A DNA stretch of 64,000 bases from IMG/VR virus record IMGVR_UViG_3300037067_005321, positions 1 through 64,000 of that record, one strand, 5' to 3'. Position numbers and translations under genes: made by a program. The notes beneath the pieces were generated by a model that was not told where the DNA came from, did not search any database, and worked only from the letters and a program-made list of their open reading frames with translations. The DNA comes from a virus (lineage: Duplodnaviria > Caudoviricetes). Positions 30,500-38,906 of the stretch are shown piece after piece. Numbering within the stretch: position 1 is the first letter of the stretch; the number at the start of each line of letters is the position of its first letter.

Positions 30500-31681
30500 T
30501 TATTTTAATGTGTTATACACATCTTTTTCACCATATTCAAACAAATGAATATTTTTTATATTATCTGGCATACCCTTCTTTTCCAACCCTAGAAGTTCAG
30601 CATATAAATTTTCAGTTTTGATAATAAAGTTTTCCATTACTAATTCTTGTCTTTTTGTTTTAATATTCTTCATTATATCTAAATATTGATTTTCTAATTG
30701 TGAACAATCCCCTACTTCATCAATATGATTAAACACAAAACCAATACCATGTTTTTTTATATGCTCCATAGTTTCTGGACACCAACAAGCTAAAGATGGT
30801 AATCCAGCTTGAAGGTATTCTTCTTCTTTGTTGCTTAATGTATATTTAACTTGAGCTTTTTGCCCATCCTCTTTATTAAAAATACATATACCATATTTAA
30901 ATTTAGTAAGTTTTTCCATCATTTCATTATAAATAGTTGGTGGACAAATAACTGCTCCAATATTTTGATATGTGGTATATGCTGACATATTGCCACAAAA
31001 TATATGAGTCTCATTACCCATTTCAACTAATCTTTTCATTATTCCATAAAGATCTCTATATGAAAATCTTCTATTTAAATCAATATCATCTGGGGGATTT
31101 AAACCACCTTCATATACTAATCCTTTACGATCAAATATTTTAGATTCATCAAAAGACACAATATCCTTATTACAATAACTATAAACAACAGTATTTGGTA
31201 TATTAACTTTAAACAATCTATTAATTATTTCTTGTATAGGTTGTGATACATATATTAATCCATCTGCATTTGCCATCATTTCTAATTCTGCAACTGATGC
31301 AAACCCTTGTCTGATGGTGTCTAAGTCATGTAGGTCTGCTACTATTTTAACTCTATCAGATGCAGTCATATCTTGTACTACTTCACGTATCCATTTTACA
31401 GGATGGGATGGTTCGTTGTGAAAATGCAAAATATTACATCCGTTAGATACCATTAATTTAACATTATTTTTAAACTGAGCTTCTCCATCATATACAAGAT
31501 ATTGATCATAAGTATTCATACCATAAGATACCTTAGTACCATTACCCCAAACTTCATATCCTAATGATTTCAATGCTTTAGCTTGCTTCTGTACTCGGAT
31601 GCAATGATGATCTGCTAGCATTGCTATTTTTAAAGGTTTTCCTTCTTTATTTAAAATTGGTTTGTCATAATCATTTAACAT
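30500..31681 (-). CDS. GT-B fold glycosyltransferase-like protein
   Basis: HFHNEP, VADLHD, LVYEGG, SNK..EYLQAGLP (GT4-like). Confidence 0.7.
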   Translation of the reverse strand: MLNDYDKPILNKEGKPLKIAMLADHHCIRVQKQAKALKSLGYEVWGNGTKVSYGMNTYDQYLVYDGEAQFKNNVKLMVSNGCNILHFHNEPSHPVKWIREVVQDMTASDRVKIVADLHDLDTIRQGFASVAELEMMANADGLIYVSQPIQEIINRLFKVNIPNTVVYSYCNKDIVSFDESKIFDRKGLVYEGGLNPPDDIDLNRRFSYRDLYGIMKRLVEMGNETHIFCGNMSAYTTYQNIGAVICPPTIYNEMMEKLTKFKYGICIFNKEDGQKAQVKYTLSNKEEEYLQAGLPSLACWCPETMEHIKKHGIGFVFNHIDEVGDCSQLENQYLDIMKNIKTKRQELVMENFIIKTENLYAELLGLEKKGMPDNIKNIHLFEYGEKDVYNTLK

Positions 31682-31688
31682 ATTTAAT

Positions 31689-31892
31689 TTATCTACTATT
31701 CCTTTCTATTTTAAAAATTGAATTTACTTCTTGGATTTTTATATTATTCAAATATGCTCCACCTTGTTCTATTAGTCTTCTAGCATCTGATTTAGTTTTA
31801 CATAATCCAGATCTTACAAATAATTCAGTAAGTTGAATTCCATTAATTGCTTCTTCTCTTTTAATTATCATAGTTGGTATTGCATCTATCAT
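31689..31892 (-). CDS. stand-alone S4 RNA-binding domain resembling the tyrosyl-tRNA synthetase C-terminus
   Basis: IPT...GIQLTELFVRSGLCKTKSDARRLIEQGGAYLNN. Confidence 0.8.
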   Translation of the reverse strand: MIDAIPTMIIKREEAINGIQLTELFVRSGLCKTKSDARRLIEQGGAYLNNIKIQEVNSIFKIERNSR

Positions 31893-32311
31893 AATTTAAC
31901 ATGTTTTATTGTAAAATTACTAACACATATCTGCCACTCCCCACCCTCCTCCGGTTGCAGGGGAATTGGCTGACTTTGATTAGCTAATACTATCCCATTT
32001 CCTGATGCCATTACATTATGATTCATATGTAAGGTATTTATAACTGCTTGACAAGTTCTAATAGAAGATAGATTAGTTTTGGTTTTAATTCTTATTTGAA
32101 GAGAACTATTATACTTATCTTTAGAAGTTGGAGGAGCACCACCATAAGGTAATATAGATATACAAGGAGTAGCTATACTAGGAAATTTTCCTAAATATAG
32201 ATTCTTATTAGATACTAATCTAGTGCCTAGAGCAACACATACTGGAGAAGTTGCTGTTAAAGATACAAAGTATTTACTAAATTCATTCAATATAGTGTTA
32301 GTTATTGCCAT
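31889..32311 (-). CDS. tail terminator-like protein
   Basis: Position; LQIRIK...INTLH...QSQPIPL...VSNF pattern. Confidence 0.65.
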   Translation of the reverse strand: MAITNTILNEFSKYFVSLTATSPVCVALGTRLVSNKNLYLGKFPSIATPCISILPYGGAPPTSKDKYNSSLQIRIKTKTNLSSIRTCQAVINTLHMNHNVMASGNGIVLANQSQPIPLQPEEGGEWQICVSNFTIKHVKL

Positions 32312-32320
32312 TTAAACTCC

Positions 32321-33190
32321 TTATAATGCTAAATATTCTCTATATCCAAGATATAATTCATCTAACGTAATTTCTGAAGTACCAAGTTTAGATAAATTAT
32401 CATGCTCTATTAACATTTGTAAATTAAATGGATTAGCTATTACTTCTGGACTTATCCCATTTAAAAATCCATCTAACACTGTATAAATATGATCTAGGTG
32501 GTATTGATATCTACCTCTTGGAAGATTTAGAGGATTAATTATATATTTATATATTTTATATATCTTATTTGAGATTCTATCTACTATTTTTCTATATTTA
32601 TAATATTCAAAAATATCATAAAAATTGTATCTTAATCTAGATTCAAAGAAACATTTCTTACATCTATGGCCCTGCTGAAAATCATTCCATCTTAATTTTA
32701 ACTTATGATTATTAGGACAAACTAATTCTAATTTCTGATAACAGTTGAAATATGTATTTGTAAGTAATTTATAACCCTCTAATTCCATTATATTTTTTAT
32801 TTCATTTATATCTTTTCTAGCATTCCCAGAACAATGAGGACACCTATATCCAGAATACCAATTAGCATAACTCATACTATTTTTATGTTCTTTAGGGCAA
32901 ATATACTCTAATTTTTGTAAGGTATTTTGATAAGTAGTACTTATTAAAATATATCCCTCTTTAAGAAACTGATTTCTAATAAAAGATATATCTAATCTTT
33001 TATTATTAGAACACTGACCACACCTTTGGCCAAATAGCCAACTATCATATCTTATTTTTCCATAATGTCCTTTTGGGCATATATACTCTAATGGATTTTT
33101 ATTATTTTTATATTTATTACTTAGTACTGTATATCCTTCTTTCTCAAATTCTTCTTTTACTAATTCAATAGTTATCTTCCTACGTTTCAT
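32321..33190 (-). CDS. free-standing HNH-type endonuclease with 3 Zn-ribbon repeats
   Basis: 3 x CP..H...G.RC..C; YHLDHIYTVLDGF...NPFNLQML. Confidence 0.75.
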   Translation of the reverse strand: MKRRKITIELVKEEFEKEGYTVLSNKYKNNKNPLEYICPKGHYGKIRYDSWLFGQRCGQCSNNKRLDISFIRNQFLKEGYILISTTYQNTLQKLEYICPKEHKNSMSYANWYSGYRCPHCSGNARKDINEIKNIMELEGYKLLTNTYFNCYQKLELVCPNNHKLKLRWNDFQQGHRCKKCFFESRLRYNFYDIFEYYKYRKIVDRISNKIYKIYKYIINPLNLPRGRYQYHLDHIYTVLDGFLNGISPEVIANPFNLQMLIEHDNLSKLGTSEITLDELYLGYREYLAL

Positions 33191-33287
33191 TATTATAATT
33201 CCTCCTCATAATTTGTTTCCTCTTTTATTTAATTTATGGCAGGTAGGTGAGGAGTACCTACTTTTCGGTTACGTTTACCTAGCCATA
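33191..33287 (-). ncRNA. structured leader, class A copy 2
   Basis: Closing stem TATGGC/GCCATA; hairpin GTAGGT-ACTCCTC-ACCTAC whose loop is complementary to the GAGGAG RBS. Confidence 0.75.
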
Positions 33288-33294
33288 CCTTATA

Positions 33295-33322
33295 TGTATA
33301 ATCACTATTTATAATTTGTCAA
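33295..33322 (-). promoter_or_regulatory. sigma70-like promoter
   Basis: TTGACA-N12-TGAT-TATACA, starting immediately after the upstream stop codon. Confidence 0.6.
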
Positions 33323-33324
33323 GT

Positions 33325-33924
33325 CTATTTTTTATATTTATGAATATTTAATTCAATATTTTCTACCATAAATTTAGCCATCCTTTTAGTTGATCTCTTA
33401 GCAGCTATCTTAGCTAAATCGGCTGGTAAAGCACTAAAATCCTCTTTAATTATATTAAGATAGTATGATTGGCGCTCCAACCAAGGATTTTCTAAAAAAA
33501 GAGGCCCAGTACCTGGGAATAAAGCATGTGGATGGCTTGGTGATCCATAAGGAAATAAATTATAATGAATTATGGATGTCACATCCTCACCATCTGCATT
33601 AAATTTAGAATACTGAACATAAGCTCTAATAGATTTTGACCCTTTAATCCTCTCAGCAGATATTTTGCCTAAATCAGCAGTTACAGTACCATCTTCATTT
33701 CCACTAGCTACATTTAAATAACCTCTACTTCCAAAAGTTAATACTGCTTTACCACTTCTTCTTAATTCACCAGTGTCATAAGGAACTCTTGGTTGAGCAT
33801 TAGTTAATAAATCTATAGCTATTACAGCAGCAATCCTAGCTGATTTAACTGCAATAATCTGACCAAGAGCATCTAAATTTTTACTAACTGATTTAACTTC
33901 ATTTATATCTATAGTTACAGGCAA
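33325..33924 (-). CDS. HK97 gp10-like tail completion/neck protein
   Basis: VPYDTGELRRSG and GPLFLENP motifs. Confidence 0.75.
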   Translation of the reverse strand: MPVTIDINEVKSVSKNLDALGQIIAVKSARIAAVIAIDLLTNAQPRVPYDTGELRRSGKAVLTFGSRGYLNVASGNEDGTVTADLGKISAERIKGSKSIRAYVQYSKFNADGEDVTSIIHYNLFPYGSPSHPHALFPGTGPLFLENPWLERQSYYLNIIKEDFSALPADLAKIAAKRSTKRMAKFMVENIELNIHKYKK

Positions 33925-33934
33925 TTATATCACC

Positions 33935-34246
33935 TTATGCAAGATAAAGTTTAAAATGATCAATTTGTCCAGAAAGATCTACTTCTTTATTTATAACTAA
34001 TATTTTATAATACTTACCATCTTTCAAAAGTTCATAATTTTCTTTAACTATATAATCTGGAAGAATCCAAACTTGAACAGTTGCTATTCTTTCTTCACCA
34101 GTAGAAGAAACTACTTTAGTAATTACTTCTTGCCATCTACAGTTAACATTTGAATATACTTTAGCTCTAGTAATATCGGAATAAGCATCAGTAGTTACTG
34201 AATAAATTTCACATAATTGGTTGAGTAAGCCTTGAATTAAACTCAT
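33935..34246 (-). CDS. head closure (head-tail joining) protein
   Basis: Size, position and beta-rich NVNCRWQE...GEE...DHFKLYL pattern. Confidence 0.7.
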   Translation of the reverse strand: MSLIQGLLNQLCEIYSVTTDAYSDITRAKVYSNVNCRWQEVITKVVSSTGEERIATVQVWILPDYIVKENYELLKDGKYYKILVINKEVDLSGQIDHFKLYLA

Positions 34247-34470
34247 TTATTTTCTCCTCTACTAGTCATTTCTCTCAGGCAAATTATCCATATTGCTTGA
34301 GAGATAGTATTTAAAAAAACTATAAAAAGGAACAAAGGAACTCCCAGAAGATAATGACTGTCGTTTAACCAAAGGGCTAAAAGCAAATCTAAAGGAAGAG
34401 TTATTGAACTGATCCATATCATAATCCATTCCCATCTTGTGAATTTGGGTATAACTGGGAGGCTCTTCAC
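34243..34470 (-). CDS. small membrane protein
   Basis: Two hydrophobic segments; ATGA overlap with the next gene. Confidence 0.5.
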   Translation of the reverse strand: MKSLPVIPKFTRWEWIMIWISSITLPLDLLLALWLNDSHYLLGVPLFLFIVFLNTISQAIWIICLREMTSRGENK

Positions 34471-34503
34471 TTAACTCACCACCTAAAGTTTGTTCTATAG
34501 ACA

Positions 34504-34569
34504 TTATTTTTTACCTCCACAACCTTTTCCACCTTTTTTGGGTTTAGGCTTATCTTTCTTTTTAACCAA
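34504..34569 (-). CDS. 21-aa Lys/Gly-rich peptide
   Basis: TTG directly after the upstream TAA, with GGAGG RBS; MVKKKDKPKPKKGGKGCGGKK*. Confidence 0.4.
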   Translation of the reverse strand: MVKKKDKPKPKKGGKGCGGKK

Positions 34570-34872
34570 TTATTTCTTCCCTCCTTTCCTTTTAAGTTTT
34601 TCTCTAAGTTTCTCCTTCTTTGTTTTTTTGTGCTTTTTCACCTTGTATTGCTTCAATTTTCCTTTAGGCATAGGATCTTTTGTTAAACTTTTTATACGTT
34701 TAACTTTATCAAATTTTATATTCTTAATAGACCTACGTTTTATTATATCACCAGATTTAAGTTCAATAATAAATACTCCATTCTTTATCCCAAGAAGCCT
34801 GGCACGTTGCCATTTATTTCTAGAAGTCCATACCTCAATAACAAATTTCATCTTTCTATAATCTTGATACAT
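34570..34872 (-). CDS. highly basic protein
   Basis: Lys/Arg-rich; TAATG coupling. Confidence 0.6.
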   Translation of the reverse strand: MYQDYRKMKFVIEVWTSRNKWQRARLLGIKNGVFIIELKSGDIIKRRSIKNIKFDKVKRIKSLTKDPMPKGKLKQYKVKKHKKTKKEKLREKLKRKGGKK

Positions 34873-35054
34873 TATCTTTTCTTCTTTCTTCTTTTAGATT
34901 GTTTTTGTTTAGATGTTACTTTCTTTCTACGCTTATTCTTTCTAAGATATTCTTTATAACCTTTAGCATGTCCGTGCTCATTATACCATTTACGCCAGAG
35001 ATCAGGATGGTTAATTTTTAAAAATAGTTCTTGTTGTGGACTTGAGAAGGGCAT
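34872..35054 (-). CDS. small basic phage protein
   Basis: MPFSSPQQ..FL..NHP.LW.KW pattern with a basic tail. Confidence 0.65.
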   Translation of the reverse strand: MPFSSPQQELFLKINHPDLWRKWYNEHGHAKGYKEYLRKNKRRKKVTSKQKQSKRRKKKR

Positions 35055-35056
35055 AC

Positions 35057-36079
35057 TTACCTCCTGGCAATCTTTAATCTTCTGGAAATCCAGCTACTTA
35101 GTAGTTTTTTAGCTGTAGATGATATAGGTATACTCATTCCACTGCCACTATCTTTTAATGATACAGATACATCCCCTATGCTAACTGATTTAGCTATAGT
35201 CTTATAACTATTTATATTTTCCATTCCTTCTGATTCTAATAAGAAAATAGCTTGCTCTATCTGAGCTTCTTTAATATTCTTATCTAATGGAACAAATAAT
35301 GCAAACTCTGTACTGGTAGCTGGAATGGATGTAAAAGCCTCTGATACTGTGATAGACCCATTAGACACATTAGAATTACTAACTAATCTTATATCATTAA
35401 GAGGAGTTCCTTCAGTAATATGAATAGTACTATATTTAAACCAATCTGTAGGATATTTACCATAAGTATCTGAATATAAAGAAGTATGTCTAAATGAAGT
35501 AGTCGTTATTGGAGTACTACAATTTCCTGTTATAACATCATGATCATCCCTAGGAAATTCAAGTGATTGTGAGTCATAATATTTATCACCTATAAATTTA
35601 AATCTGTCAATACATTTAGCAGCTTCTACTAATAGTCTTTTTTTACCTTCTATTGACAAAGAGTCCCATTTATTTGAATGACCATATTTATTCATAATAT
35701 AGTTATTAGCTTCAGTTAAAGAAGTGTAGGAATTAGCATTAGGATCACCAAGTTTTGAATTTAAAGTTAAAGAACCAAATACTTCAAAAGTAATATAATG
35801 TGTATAAACATTACTGGCTGTAGTAACTCCTGCTAGTTGAAGTTGATATGTTTCACCGACAGTACCACCTTTTACAGTCACACTAACATTAGTGGCAGTA
35901 ACAGCTTTTGTAGCAACTAGAGAGGTGGTTACATTTGCACCAAGAGAATCAAAAACTGTAGCAGTACATGAACTTATAGTCTCAGTACCAGATAAATCCT
36001 CAGTAAATTTCTTAGTTACTTGAAATCTATCTGTATTCATTTTATAAAAATAATCTACATCATGTGTATATTTTGCCAC
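35057..36079 (-). CDS. head-tail adaptor (DnaT-like/gp6-like) with extra beta domains
   Basis: ANSYTSLTEANNY, QSLEFPR, IKEAQIEQA, SVSIGDVSVS. Confidence 0.72.
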   Translation of the reverse strand: MAKYTHDVDYFYKMNTDRFQVTKKFTEDLSGTETISSCTATVFDSLGANVTTSLVATKAVTATNVSVTVKGGTVGETYQLQLAGVTTASNVYTHYITFEVFGSLTLNSKLGDPNANSYTSLTEANNYIMNKYGHSNKWDSLSIEGKKRLLVEAAKCIDRFKFIGDKYYDSQSLEFPRDDHDVITGNCSTPITTTSFRHTSLYSDTYGKYPTDWFKYSTIHITEGTPLNDIRLVSNSNVSNGSITVSEAFTSIPATSTEFALFVPLDKNIKEAQIEQAIFLLESEGMENINSYKTIAKSVSIGDVSVSLKDSGSGMSIPISSTAKKLLSSWISRRLKIARR

Positions 36080-36538
36080 TTACTCACCTACCATAAGTTC
36101 TTTTATTTCATCTGGTATATTACAAATATGATCAGATGTTTTGACTATTATTTTTTCAAATTTATTTAATAAGTCTATTAAAACTTTATCATTTGTACAA
36201 AGTATTGTTCTTATTCCAGAAGTACCAATATATAAATTCAATTGAAATACTAGTCTATAAATATCTAATCCTTCAGAATAATCTAGATTAGTAATCTTCT
36301 TTATCTTTAACTTTTTACCTATTTTATATAGGTCAAACTGCCTCTGTGCAACTATAGCATCAGAACACAATTTTGGATAATTAATTGAAGGACTATCACT
36401 ACAAATAATAATTATATCATATTCATTATTATCTGAAGTTATAGTGTCAAAGAATTCATAAATCCAGTTATAGCAAGTATATGAAATTATTAATTTTTTC
36501 ATTAATATATCCTCTTCAAATCTGAATAGCATTCCCAT
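36080..36538 (-). CDS. hypothetical protein (weak PIG-L-like resemblance)
   Basis: Last gene of the glyco cluster; start more likely at the internal MKKLII. Confidence 0.5.
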   Translation of the reverse strand: MGMLFRFEEDILMKKLIISYTCYNWIYEFFDTITSDNNEYDIIIICSDSPSINYPKLCSDAIVAQRQFDLYKIGKKLKIKKITNLDYSEGLDIYRLVFQLNLYIGTSGIRTILCTNDKVLIDLLNKFEKIIVKTSDHICNIPDEIKELMVGE

Positions 36539-37173
36539 GGCGTAGCTATTATTCTTTTATCTACAGCTTCTTGACTATTATAAAATATTATTGAATGTTT
36601 CTTTTGGCTAAGACAGACAAAACTTATAAAACCCTCTGGACCAATAAAGAACTCACAATTTTGGGCTAAACAAATTAGATCTCTTATATTAGTCTCACCA
36701 ACTAGATTAACACAATTTCTTACACTTTTATAAATAGGATTATTACCTACTAAAACACATCTAAAATCTTTGTTTTCTTCTATTATAGAATTTACTGAAT
36801 CAATTGAAAATCTTTTACAGTTTCTTCCTTCTAATTTTCCACTATGGGGTTGTAGTATCCAAAATGGTTTATCAAAACAAAATCTATTATGTAAATCAAA
36901 TTGAGGAAAATATTCCATATCTTCATGGCAATCAGCGGTTATCTCTGGAATATCTAATCTAGGTTTTTCTGTGAATTCAAGTTCTATAATGAAAATATTA
37001 TATATTTCTGAAATTGATTGAGCATAGGAAATTGGATCTAAATAAGCAAACACCTTGCATTGTTTTTTTATCTTTATAACTTTTAGGCAATGAATATAAC
37101 TGTCCCCTATCCCCGCTCCAATAGAGGCTAACTCAAACAAAGTTAATCTCCATATATAAATTATAATCTTCAT
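36502..37173 (-). CDS. GT9 (heptosyltransferase-like) protein
   Basis: GIGD, NLVGETNIRDLI...FIGPEG. Confidence 0.65.
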   Translation of the reverse strand: MKIIIYIWRLTLFELASIGAGIGDSYIHCLKVIKIKKQCKVFAYLDPISYAQSISEIYNIFIIELEFTEKPRLDIPEITADCHEDMEYFPQFDLHNRFCFDKPFWILQPHSGKLEGRNCKRFSIDSVNSIIEENKDFRCVLVGNNPIYKSVRNCVNLVGETNIRDLICLAQNCEFFIGPEGFISFVCLSQKKHSIIFYNSQEAVDKRIIATPWECYSDLKRIY

Positions 37174-37369
37174 ATAACTCTCCTAAAGTTATATATGAAT
37201 TACCATTTTTGCTACTATTTTCAGAATGCTCTAACATTCTAAGATTAAATGGGTTTCCAATTACTTCTACTGGAACTTTATTTCTAAATCCATCTACTAC
37301 TGAAAATATATGATCAACATGAAATTTACTTTCATCTTTCCATTCTTTACATTTTGTGCATTGTTTCAT
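37133..37369 (-). pseudogene. internally deleted or minimal HNH endonuclease
   Basis: MKQCTKCKEWKDESKFH joined directly to VDHIFSVVDGF...NPFNLRML; lacks the repeat array and helical linker of its paralogs. Confidence 0.6.
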
Positions 37370-37463
37370 CTTAATCACTCCCCCCTGATTTATCTCCTCT
37401 TTTATTTAATTATGGCAGGTAGGTGAGGAGTACCTACTTTTTGGGAGCTGCCCTAGCCATAAT
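37370..37463 (-). ncRNA. structured leader, class A copy 3
   Basis: Closing stem ATTATGGC/GCCATAAT; hairpin GTAGGT-ACTCCTC-ACCTAC whose loop matches GAGGAG and GGGGAGT downstream. Confidence 0.75.
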
Positions 37464-37465
37464 AT

Positions 37466-38332
37466 TTAATTAAAATTAAATTTCTTCCTCCAATCTTCTT
37501 CTTCTAGAATATATTTTGGTATAATATCAGGATGTTTGTCTTTGAACTCAAATGGTTTACCATCTTTATCAGCAATATAACCATCATTAAACCAACAACT
37601 ATTTATACCACTTAATTCTTTATTTAATTTTATGTATTGTTCTTCATTATTAAAGTTATAGTTACGATAGATCTTATCTAACCAATTTACTTTTTTTGAC
37701 TGTGGATTATTAGGATATTCAGTCAACCAAAAATCTAATTTAGAAAAAGGATTGGTTAATAGCCCATAATGAAACATTGTTGGATTTTTAATAGATCCTA
37801 ACATAACAGATTCCTTTTTTGTACAATACCAATTTTGAGTAGGAAAAAATACATTACCATTAATTAAATTTTCTTCATTTATTCTAAATAGTCTCTGATG
37901 TTCCCCTACTAAATATCTATTTGTATTTATAAAGAAATAATAATCTCTAAATGTTATATCAGTATATTTATTTTCTTCAATGATACTCTTTATTTTATTT
38001 ATTATTTCCTGTTTATAAAATTCATCTGCATCTAGAACAAAAATCCAATTTCCAACTTCATAATTTTCTGATCTACTTAACATAAAATTAAGTAAACCAG
38101 CTTTTATAATAGAATGATTGCTTTTATTGTATTTTACATCTATGAACTTAATATGTTTCATATAAGATTTTGCTATATTATATGTCTCATCAACATATTT
38201 TTCTAATATTTCTGAATGAGCAGATACATTTACTATAACTTCATCACAGAATTTTAAGGCTTGCTCAATTGCTAAACCTATGTAATTCTCACAATTCCAA
38301 GCACATAGAAGTCCTATTATTTTAGGCTTCAT
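37466..38332 (-). CDS. GT2-family glycosyltransferase
   Basis: WNCENYI, WIFVLDADEFY, FHYG. Confidence 0.8.
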   Translation of the reverse strand: MKPKIIGLLCAWNCENYIGLAIEQALKFCDEVIVNVSAHSEILEKYVDETYNIAKSYMKHIKFIDVKYNKSNHSIIKAGLLNFMLSRSENYEVGNWIFVLDADEFYKQEIINKIKSIIEENKYTDITFRDYYFFINTNRYLVGEHQRLFRINEENLINGNVFFPTQNWYCTKKESVMLGSIKNPTMFHYGLLTNPFSKLDFWLTEYPNNPQSKKVNWLDKIYRNYNFNNEEQYIKLNKELSGINSCWFNDGYIADKDGKPFEFKDKHPDIIPKYILEEEDWRKKFNFN

Positions 38333-38906
38333 TCTTCTTTTCCTTTATTATGAACCAATCCCAATTTTTTTTAATTATAGAATACTTCAATTCTTCACCA
38401 AATTTATCTACTGCTGTTCTAACACCGACTTCTCTTTTACAGTAATCATGCCCACCAAATATACCACCAAGTTTTACTTTAGGATAATACAAATCAATAT
38501 CTTTTTTAACATCTTCATAAGAATGGGAAGCATCAATATAGCAAAAGTCTACCTTATTATAAATCTTATTTATAGCATTTGCAGACCAATCTTTTATAAA
38601 AACTATTTTATCTTTATAATCTTGAAGTACAAATTTACAAAACTCTTCTATTTCTGGAGTTTCAAATATATCAATAAGATATAACTTTTTTATATCTAAT
38701 TCATCTAGTATTCGTTTAGCATTAACTCCAAACTGAACACCAACCTCAATCCCTACTAAATTAGATTTACCTTTTAATTCATTAAACATTGGCCTATCCT
38801 CAAATATACTGGAATTCATAGATACCATTACATCACTATATCTATTATCCTGTAAGTATTTTAGTAAAGTTTCATTATTTAATTCACTTTTAAGTTCTGG
38901 ATTCAT
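38322..38906 (-). CDS. class I SAM methyltransferase (Methyltransf_24-like)
   Basis: GIEVGVQFG, DFCYIDASHSYEDV, GGIFGGHDY. Confidence 0.85.
   Translation of the reverse strand: MNPELKSELNNETLLKYLQDNRYSDVMVSMNSSIFEDRPMFNELKGKSNLVGIEVGVQFGVNAKRILDELDIKKLYLIDIFETPEIEEFCKFVLQDYKDKIVFIKDWSANAINKIYNKVDFCYIDASHSYEDVKKDIDLYYPKVKLGGIFGGHDYCKREVGVRTAVDKFGEELKYSIIKKNWDWFIIKEKKNEA

Noticed and set aside
34262-34504. Alternative 80-aa ORF overlapping the membrane gene
   Set aside because: It has a TAATG coupling, but the 34243-34470 frame has an RBS, a coherent TM pattern and coupling to the next gene. It cannot be fully excluded.
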